A stretch of DNA of 50,864 bases, taken from NCBI GenBank assembly GCA_030039615.1, contig JASHVF010000383.1:1-50864 (forward strand), given 5' to 3'. The number at the start of each line of letters is the position of its first letter. Position 1 is the stretch's first letter. This stretch comes from Gammaproteobacteria bacterium. Lineage in GTDB: Bacteria; Pseudomonadota; Gammaproteobacteria; Steroidobacterales; Steroidobacteraceae. Shown piece after piece: positions 33,751 to 42,170 of the stretch. A program made the position numbers and the translations under genes. The notes beneath the pieces were generated by a model, which was not told where the DNA came from, made no database searches, and saw only the letters and a list, made by a program, of their open reading frames with translations.

Positions 33751-34638
33751 TCACGGGATCCCGCGAACGTAATCGTACGCCTGGCGCGCGGCTTCGAGCT
33801 GGCTCATGCGCGCGTACGGGCCTTCCTGCTCGTCGAAGTAGTGCTTGAGGCCGGCGCGCTCCGCGGCCGCGAAGATCGGGCGGTAGTCGATCATCCCCGC
33901 GCCGAGCTCCGCCCCCGGATACTCGTAGGTTTCGAAGGCCGCGCTGCCCGCGCGCGACGGGCCGCGCAGAAAGTCCTTGACGTGAATCATCGGGAAGCGC
34001 TGCGGGTAGCGCGCGAAGTAATCGATCGGGTTGCGCCCGCCGATCACCATCCAGCCGCAATCGATCTCGAACTTGACGAGCGCGGGGTCGGTCTCGGCGA
34101 GCAGCACGTCGTAGGCGATCGTGCCGTTCTCGGCGGCGAACTCGATATGGTGATTGTGATAGGCGTACTGCAGTCCCGCGCGCTGCGCCTGCTCGCCGAG
34201 TCGATTGGCGAGCTCGGCGGTGCGATGGGCCTCATCGAGCGTCATGCCGCCAGAGTGCGCGCCCGGCACGAGCGCGCGCAGACTCCCGCTCGCGGCGTAC
34301 GCGGCGCCGAGCGCGTGCGCCTGCTCGAACGCGCTGGCCGGGTCGCTGAAGTCGAGATGTGCGCTCGGTGCCGCGAGCCCGTGGTCATCGAGCAGTCGGC
34401 GGAAATCGCGCGCCGCGAGTCCCGCGAAGCCGGCGGTCTCCACCTCGCGGAAGCCTATTGCGCGCACCCTGCGCAGCGTCGCCGCGGGATCGGCGGCGAG
34501 CGAATCCCTGACCGCGTAAAGCTGGATGCCGGCGACGCCGAGCGGCGTGGCCGCGAGCAGCGCCGGCAAGGCGGGCGCGGCGAGCGCCGCGACACTTCCG
34601 GTGCGCAGCAGAAAGCTTCGGCGGCTCAAGGTTCCCAT
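33751..34638 (-). CDS. Xylose-isomerase-like TIM-barrel (sugar phosphate isomerase/epimerase family) protein with a Tat signal
   Basis: Trimmed to 'MGTLSRRSFLLRTGSVAALAAPALPALLAA', which has the twin-arginine motif SRRSFLL. 'YAYHNHHIEF' and 'FEIDCGW' are typical AP-endonuclease-2/TIM-barrel metal-site motifs. Confidence 0.8.
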   Translation of the reverse strand: MGTLSRRSFLLRTGSVAALAAPALPALLAATPLGVAGIQLYAVRDSLAADPAATLRRVRAIGFREVETAGFAGLAARDFRRLLDDHGLAAPSAHLDFSDPASAFEQAHALGAAYAASGSLRALVPGAHSGGMTLDEAHRTAELANRLGEQAQRAGLQYAYHNHHIEFAAENGTIAYDVLLAETDPALVKFEIDCGWMVIGGRNPIDYFARYPQRFPMIHVKDFLRGPSRAGSAAFETYEYPGAELGAGMIDYRPIFAAAERAGLKHYFDEQEGPYARMSQLEAARQAYDYVRGIP

Positions 34639-34678
34639 CGGGTCAGCATGGTACGCTAGGCGACGACAAGAAGGTCGT

Positions 34679-35894
34679 ATGACGACACTGACACGAACGC
34701 GCCTGTGCCTGATGATGTTCCTGGAGTTCTTCGTCTGGGGCGGCTGGTTCGTCACCATGGGGAGCTACCTGGCCGCGAACCTGCACGCCAGCGGCGCGCA
34801 GACCGGACTCGCCTACGGCACCCAGGCGCTCGGCGCCATCATCGCGCCCTTCATCGTCGGACTCGTCGCCGACCGTTATTTCAACGCCGAGCGCGTGCTC
34901 GGCGTGCTGCACCTTGCCGGCGGCCTGCTCATGTACGCGCTCTACGGCGCACACGATTTCGCCGGCTTCTATCCGCTGCTGCTCGCCTACATGCTGCTCT
35001 ACATGCCGACGCTGGCGCTGGTCAACGCGGTCGCCTTCCGCCAGATGGACGACCCGGCGCGGCATTTCTCCAGCGTGCGCGTGTGGGGCACGATCGGCTG
35101 GATCGTCGCCGGGCTCGTCATCAGCTATGTGTTCGCCTGGGATTCGCGCACGGCGATGTCGCAGGGACTGCTGCGCGAGACCTTCCTCATGTGCTCGGCC
35201 GCCTCGTTCGTGCTCGGCGCCTACAGCTTCACCCTGCCGGCGACGCCGCCGCGCCCCGCGTCGGGCACGGGCTCGGGTCTCGGCCGCCTGCTCGGCATCG
35301 ACGCGCTCGGGCTGCTGAAGGAACGCAACTTCGCGGTGTTCTTCGTGGCTTCGGTCCTCATCTGCATCCCGCTCGCGTTCTACTACCAGAACGCCAACCA
35401 GTTCCTCACCGAGATCCAGGTGGCCAACGCCACCGGCAAGCAGACCATCGGGCAGATGTCCGAGGTGTTCTTCATGCTGGCGATCCCGGTGTTCCTGCGC
35501 ACCTTCGGCATGAAGACGACGCTGCTCGTCGGCATGCTGGCCTGGGCGGCCCGCTACCTGCTGTTCGCCTTCGGCGATGCGCACTCGCTCGGCTTCATGC
35601 TGCTCATCGGCATCGCGCTGCACGGCGTGTGCTACGACTTCTTCTTCGTCTCCGGCCAGATCTACACCGACTCGAAGGCCGGCGCGCAGCACAAGGCCGC
35701 CGCGCAGGGCCTGATCACGCTCGCCACCTACGGGCTCGGCATGCTGGTCGGGTTCTGGGCGGCAGGGCGCATCGACGACCTGTACGCCGGCGCCGGCGCG
35801 CACGACTGGCAGTCCATCTGGCTCTATCCGGCGGCATTTGCGGCCGCCGTGTTCGTGCTGTTCGCGGCGAGCTTCCGCAACGAGCAGGTGAGCT

Positions 35895-35908
<14 letters not shown>
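34679..35908 (+). CDS. MFS transporter of the nucleoside:H+ symporter (NupG/XapB) family
   Basis: Trimmed to the ATG at 34679. '[20 protein letters not shown]', '[13 protein letters not shown]' and '[13 protein letters not shown]' are colinear with E. coli NupG ('LSFLQFCLWGSWLTTLGSYM...YMPTLGLINTISY...IRIWGTIGFIMAM'). Confidence 0.85.
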
Positions 35909-37136
<1,228 letters not shown>

Positions 37137-37157
37137 GTTGGCGACCTAAGAGGCGTC

Positions 37158-38960
37158 ATGCCGTTCGTAACCCCAGAGTCCCAGCAGAGCGCCTACGACG
37201 TCATCGTGGTCGGATCGGGCGCGGCCGGAGGTCAGACGGCCTACACGCTCAGCATGGAGGGCGCGCGCGTACTCATGCTCGAGGCCGGGCGGCGCTATAC
37301 GCCGGAGACCGAGACGCCGATGTTCCAGACACCCGACATGGCGCCGCTCGCCGGCTTCGGCACGCCGGGCAAGCCCTTCGGCTTCTACGATGCGACGGTG
37401 GATGGCGGCTGGCAGGTGCCGGGCGAGCCCTATGTGCGCGCGAGCGAGGAGGACGCGGGCCGCTTCGAGTGGTGGCGCGCCCGCATGCTCGGTGGTCGGA
37501 CCAATCATTGGGGGCGGATCTCGCTGCGCAACGGCCCCTACGACTTCAAGCCGCGGAGCCGCGATGGCCTCGGCTTCGACTGGCCCATTGGCTACGAGGA
37601 CGTGGCGCCGTACTACGACAAGGTTGAGCTGCTGGTCGGCGTGTACGGCACCAGCGAGGGCCTCGAGAACACGCCCAACTCGCCGCCGGGATGTCTGCTG
37701 CCGCCGCCCAGGCCGATCGTCAGCGACTACCTGATCGCGCAGCGGGCCCGGCGGCTCGGCATCCCGGTGATCCCCGGGCATCGGGCGGTGCTGACGCAGC
37801 CGCTCGACTACACCCGCAACCCGCAGCTCCTGCACCCCGGCAACGCGCGCGCGCAGCAGGTCCTCGCCACCGATATGCGCAGCCGCGCCGCGTGTCTGTG
37901 GGCGACCTCATGCGGGCGCGGCTGCGCGATCCGCGCCAATTACCAGTCGACCACCGTGCACCTGCCGCCGGCGCTCGCCTCGGGCAATCTCGACATCACG
38001 ACGGATGCCATGGTGTACGAGGTCACGCTCGGGCGCGATGGCCGTGCGAGCGGCGTGAGCTTCGTCGATCGCAAGACCGGCAGGCACCGGCACGCCAGCG
38101 CCCGCATCGTGGTGCTCGCGGCGAGTGCCTGCGAGTCGGTGCGCATCCTGCTCAACTCCACCAGCCCGCGCTTTGCGCACGGGCTCGCAAACTCGAGCGG
38201 CAAGGTAGGACGGTACCTCATGGACACGGTAGGCAGTTCTGTGCACGGCCAGGTGCCGCTGCTCGAGAGCCTGCCGCCCCTCAATGAGGAGGCCGCCGAC
38301 GGTCATCAGATGTATACGCCCTGGTGGCTCTACCAGGAGCAACTCAAGGGCAAGCTCGGCTTCGCACGCGGCTACCACATCGAGTTCGGCGGCGGCAAGC
38401 GCATGCCGGGTTTCGGCACCGCGGCCGGGCTCGAGTGGCTGACGGGCGGTAATTACGGCGCCAGGTTCAAGCAGGACGTGCGGCGCTACTACGGCTCGTT
38501 CGTCTACTTCGACGGGCGCGGCGAGATGATCCCGAACGAGCAGTCCTACTGCGAGATCGACCCGGGCGGGCTGAAGGATAAGTGGGGGATCCCGGTGCTG
38601 CGCTTTCAATGGCAATGGTCGGAGCACGAGACGCGTCAGGCCGCGCACATGCAGCGGACTTTCGCCGACATCATCGAGGCCATGGGCGGCAAGCCGCATG
38701 CGGTCGAGACCGACGGCGCCAAGGCGATCGCGCCCGGGGGCTCGATCATTCACGAAGTGGGCGGTGCCATCATGGGCTCCGATCCGAAGACCTCGGTGAC
38801 CAACCAGTGGTGCCAGACCTGGGACGTGCCGAATCTTTTCATCACCGACGGGGCGGTATTCGCCTCCAACGCCGACAAGAACCCGACGCTCACGATCATG
38901 GCGCTCGCGTGGCGCGCGGCCGACCACATGCTCGAGCGCATGCGACGCAAGGAGCTCTGA
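37158..38960 (+). CDS. GMC-family FAD oxidoreductase (large subunit of a gluconate-2-dehydrogenase / glucoside-3-dehydrogenase-type enzyme)
   Basis: AAGAGG Shine-Dalgarno. FAD fingerprint '[32 protein letters not shown]'. C-terminal 'HEVGGAIMG...[12 protein letters not shown]' is the GMC active-site region. No signal peptide. Confidence 0.9.
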   Translation: MPFVTPESQQSAYDVIVVGSGAAGGQTAYTLSMEGARVLMLEAGRRYTPETETPMFQTPDMAPLAGFGTPGKPFGFYDATVDGGWQVPGEPYVRASEEDAGRFEWWRARMLGGRTNHWGRISLRNGPYDFKPRSRDGLGFDWPIGYEDVAPYYDKVELLVGVYGTSEGLENTPNSPPGCLLPPPRPIVSDYLIAQRARRLGIPVIPGHRAVLTQPLDYTRNPQLLHPGNARAQQVLATDMRSRAACLWATSCGRGCAIRANYQSTTVHLPPALASGNLDITTDAMVYEVTLGRDGRASGVSFVDRKTGRHRHASARIVVLAASACESVRILLNSTSPRFAHGLANSSGKVGRYLMDTVGSSVHGQVPLLESLPPLNEEAADGHQMYTPWWLYQEQLKGKLGFARGYHIEFGGGKRMPGFGTAAGLEWLTGGNYGARFKQDVRRYYGSFVYFDGRGEMIPNEQSYCEIDPGGLKDKWGIPVLRFQWQWSEHETRQAAHMQRTFADIIEAMGGKPHAVETDGAKAIAPGGSIIHEVGGAIMGSDPKTSVTNQWCQTWDVPNLFITDGAVFASNADKNPTLTIMALAWRAADHMLERMRRKEL

Positions 38961-39604
38961 TGGACCGGCGTACGACGCTCAAGTGGGTGCTCGCAGTGAG
39001 TGCGGCCTGGCCGGCCGGGCAGGCCGCGCTCGGACAAGCCACGACCGCCGCGGCGGAGGTGGCGAAGGAGGGAGGACTCGGTGGGGCAGGGTACGGCACG
39101 GATCCCGACCTGGTGACGCCGCACAAGCGCGGCGAGTACTGGCCGCTGACTCTCACGGCCGCTCAGCGCCGTCTCGCCGGAGTGCTCTCCGACCTGATCA
39201 TCCCGGCGGACGAGCGCTCCCCGGGCGCCTCCGCCGTCGGCGTGGTCGACTTCGTCGACGAGTGGGTGAGCGCGCCCTATCCCCGCAACCGCGACGACCG
39301 TAAAACCGTGCTCGAGGGACTCGACTGGCTGGACGCGGAGGCAACCCGCCGGTCGGGCAAGACGTTCGTCGCGCTCGAGGCGGCCACCCAGGGGGCCATC
39401 TGCGACGACATCTGCAGCCTGTCGCGCGCCTCCGCCGAGCGGCAGCAGGCCGCACGCTTCTTCGCGCTGTATCGCGATCTGACCGCGGGTGCCTTCTACT
39501 CGAGCCCCGTCGGCCGCACCGACCTCGAGTACATCGGCAACGTGCCGCGCGCAAGCTTCGAGGGCGCGCCGCCCGACCTCTTGAAGAAACTCAACCTGCC
39601 CTGA
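38960..39604 (+). CDS. Gluconate 2-dehydrogenase subunit-3-family small subunit with a Tat signal
   Basis: The ATG overlaps the GMC stop (TGATG). Twin-arginine signal '[20 protein letters not shown]'. 'LIIPADERSPGAS...VDFVD' is typical of the family. Confidence 0.8.
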   Translation: MDRRTTLKWVLAVSAAWPAGQAALGQATTAAAEVAKEGGLGGAGYGTDPDLVTPHKRGEYWPLTLTAAQRRLAGVLSDLIIPADERSPGASAVGVVDFVDEWVSAPYPRNRDDRKTVLEGLDWLDAEATRRSGKTFVALEAATQGAICDDICSLSRASAERQQAARFFALYRDLTAGAFYSSPVGRTDLEYIGNVPRASFEGAPPDLLKKLNLP

Positions 39605-39630
39605 AGGGCGATCCCATCGAGGAAGCATCC

Positions 39631-40311
39631 ATGAAGCGGACACTTTGCGCGGCACTGCTGGTGCTTTGGTTCGCGGCCCCGGGCGCCGGAGCGGCGGATG
39701 AGGCCGCAGCGCGCCCCTGGCGGCCGCTTCTTCAAGAGAGCAGCGCGCCGGACTGGCGCGGCTGGAAGGAGCCGGGACTGCCTGCCGGCTGGCACGTCGA
39801 CGGCGGCGTGTTGCACAAGGACGGTCCGGTCGACGACCTGGTGAGCAACGCGAAGTTCGCCGATTTCGAGCTCGAGCTCGAGTGGAAGATCGGCAAGGAG
39901 GGCAACAGCGGCATCTTCTACCGCGGCACGCGCGAGTACGACCATATCTACTGGAGCGCGCCCGAATACCAGCTGCTCGATGACGCCAACACCGAGGACG
40001 GCAAGAGTCCGCTCACCGCGGCCGGCTCCGACTACGCGCTCTACGGCGTGCCGCCGAACGTCGCCAAGCCCTTCGATCAGTGGAACCGCACGCGCCTCGT
40101 GGTGAAGGGCAACCACGTCGAGCACTGGCTGAACGGCGTCAAGGTGGTCGAGTACGATTTCGCGAGCGACGACTGGAAGAAACGCGTCGCCGCGAGCAAG
40201 TTCGCCAGGTACCCGGACTACGGGCTCGCGACTTCGGGTCTCATCGGCATCCAGGGCGATCACCCGGGCGCACTCGCGATCCGCAACATCCGCATCCGCA
40301 CCCTGCCGTGA
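39631..40311 (+). CDS. DUF1080 (3-keto-disaccharide hydrolase family) exported protein
   Basis: GAGGAAG Shine-Dalgarno. Signal peptide 'MKRTLCAALLVLWFAAPGAGA'. 'FADFELELEWKIGKEGNSGIFYR...EYQLLDD...HWLNGVKVVEY...GLIGIQGDHPGALAIRNIRI' is the concanavalin-like DUF1080 pattern. Confidence 0.85.
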   Translation: MKRTLCAALLVLWFAAPGAGAADEAAARPWRPLLQESSAPDWRGWKEPGLPAGWHVDGGVLHKDGPVDDLVSNAKFADFELELEWKIGKEGNSGIFYRGTREYDHIYWSAPEYQLLDDANTEDGKSPLTAAGSDYALYGVPPNVAKPFDQWNRTRLVVKGNHVEHWLNGVKVVEYDFASDDWKKRVAASKFARYPDYGLATSGLIGIQGDHPGALAIRNIRIRTLP

Positions 40312-42149
40312 GCGAAGCCGCGCTGGCTGAATCGATGCGCCGCATCAGCGGCCTGCTTCAGTCGGGCCAGTACGCCGCGGCGCACGCACAGCTCGAGCCC
40401 CTGGTAGCGGCAAATCCCGACTATCTCGAAGGGCTGCGGCTGCTGGCCGGCACCAAGCAGGCGCTCGGCGACGGCGCCCAGGCCGAGTCGCTGCTGCGGC
40501 GCGCGCTCGGGATCGACCCCGCGTCCGCCCCCACGCTGACCACTCTCGCGGAGCTGCTGTTCCTCTCCGGTCGCAGCGCCGAGGCCGTAGCGCTGTTGCG
40601 GCGCGCGCTCGAGGTCGCCGTGCCGTACCCGCGGGCCGCGCTGCTGCTGACGCGTCATTACCTCGACACGGGTCAGCCGGCGCCGGCGCTCGAGGTCGCC
40701 GCTCCCTGGTGCGAGAGCGGCAAGGCCGACGCCGATCTCGCGGCGCTGCACGTCGGCGCCCTGGCCGCGCTCGGCCGGCAAAGCGAAGCGGTGGCGACCT
40801 ATCGGCGCCTGGTGGCCGGCGCGCCCGACAATCCGGTCATGACGCATACGCTCGCCATCGCGCTCAATGCCGCGGGTCAGCCCGCGCAAGCCGAGCGCCT
40901 CGCGCGCCAGAGTCTCGCGCGCGGCCGGCCGACGCCCGCGATGTACTACACGCATGCGCGCAGCCTCCTCGCGCTCGAGCGATTCGACGAGGCCGAGGCG
41001 GCGCTGCGCGAATGCGTGCGACTCGAGCCGCGGCGCGCCGAGACCCACGACCGGCTGGCGCAGCTCATCTGGCGACGTACCGGGGACATCAGCGAGTCGA
41101 CCCGCACGCTGACCGAAGCGCTCGAGAAATTCCCGCACGACGATGCCCTGCGGGGCGCCAAGGCCGCCCTGCTGCAGGGAGCGGGCGACGTGCGCGGCGC
41201 CTTCGCCTGCCTCGCCGAGCGCGCCGCACGCGCAGATTCCCATCCCAGCATGCTGATTCGCGCCGGCCTCGCCGCGCTCGAGTTCGAGCCCGCCACGGCG
41301 CTGACACTCGCAGAGCGCGCACTGCAGGCGCTGCCCGACGATCACACCGCACGCCGGCTCCTGTGCGCGGCCTGTCTCGGCGTGGGGGAGGCGGGGCGGG
41401 CGCTCACCGAATGTGCGACGCTGCTGGCGGCCACGCCGGACCATCAATACGTCATCGCCATGCAGACGACGGCGCTGCGCCTCATGAACGATCCGCGCTA
41501 TGAATCGTTCTGCGATTACGCGCGGATGGTTCTCTCGATGCCCATCGAGGTGCCTCCCGGCTGGGCCGATCTCGACAGCTTCCTGACGGAGCTCGCCGCA
41601 CGCCTCGCAGCGCTGCACAACCCGCACGGCCACCGGCTGCTGTTCCAGTCGCTGCGCCAGGGCACCGAGACCACGCAGGATCTCTCGCGCAGCCAGGATC
41701 CGGTCATCCAGGCGCTGTTTCGCGCCTTCGCCGCGCCGATCGCCCGCTACCGCGAGCACATCGGCCAGGGAGAGGATGCTCTGCGGCGCCGCAACCGGGG
41801 GGCGGCGCGCTTCAACGGCGCCTGGTCGGTGCGGCTGCACAGCGACGGCTACCACACCAGCCACGTGCATCCACGCGGCTGGATCTCGTCCGCGTTCTAC
41901 GTGCAGCTGCCGGATTCCATGAAGCGCGGGCACGCGGGGGAGGGCATTCTCAGCTTCGGCGCGCCGGGCATGCTGACGACGCCGACACTCCCTGCGGAGC
42001 TCTCAGTGCGCCCCGAGGTGGGAATGCTGGTGCTGTTCCCGTCGTATTTCTGGCACGGCACGCTGCCGTTTCACAGCGACCAGCCGCGACTCACGGTGGC
42101 CTTCGACGCCGTACCGGAGACAAAAAAATCTCCCCTCACGTTGCCGTGA
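40308..42149 (+). CDS. TPR-repeat protein fused to a C-terminal putative 2OG-Fe(II) oxygenase domain (2OG-FeII_Oxy_5 / TIGR02466-like)
   Basis: GTGA overlap with the DUF1080 stop (alternative ATG at 40335). About 400 aa of Ala/Leu-rich TPR-like repeats, then 'NGAWSVRLHSDGYHTSHVHPRGWISSAFYVQLP...LVLFPSYFWHGTLPF'. Confidence 0.75.
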   Translation: MSEAALAESMRRISGLLQSGQYAAAHAQLEPLVAANPDYLEGLRLLAGTKQALGDGAQAESLLRRALGIDPASAPTLTTLAELLFLSGRSAEAVALLRRALEVAVPYPRAALLLTRHYLDTGQPAPALEVAAPWCESGKADADLAALHVGALAALGRQSEAVATYRRLVAGAPDNPVMTHTLAIALNAAGQPAQAERLARQSLARGRPTPAMYYTHARSLLALERFDEAEAALRECVRLEPRRAETHDRLAQLIWRRTGDISESTRTLTEALEKFPHDDALRGAKAALLQGAGDVRGAFACLAERAARADSHPSMLIRAGLAALEFEPATALTLAERALQALPDDHTARRLLCAACLGVGEAGRALTECATLLAATPDHQYVIAMQTTALRLMNDPRYESFCDYARMVLSMPIEVPPGWADLDSFLTELAARLAALHNPHGHRLLFQSLRQGTETTQDLSRSQDPVIQALFRAFAAPIARYREHIGQGEDALRRRNRGAARFNGAWSVRLHSDGYHTSHVHPRGWISSAFYVQLPDSMKRGHAGEGILSFGAPGMLTTPTLPAELSVRPEVGMLVLFPSYFWHGTLPFHSDQPRLTVAFDAVPETKKSPLTLP

Positions 42150-42156
42150 GGGGAGA
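42122..42156 (-). terminator. Rho-independent terminator of the minus-strand TonB-dependent receptor gene
   Basis: The minus-strand RNA reads UCUCCCCUCAC-GGCAAC-GUGAGGGGAGA followed by UUUUUUU: an 11-bp stem, 6-nt loop and U7. It starts 14 nt after the receptor stop codon. It overlaps the last 9 codons of the plus-strand gene. Confidence 0.8.
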
Positions 42157-42170
42157 CTGTCAGGTCGCTC

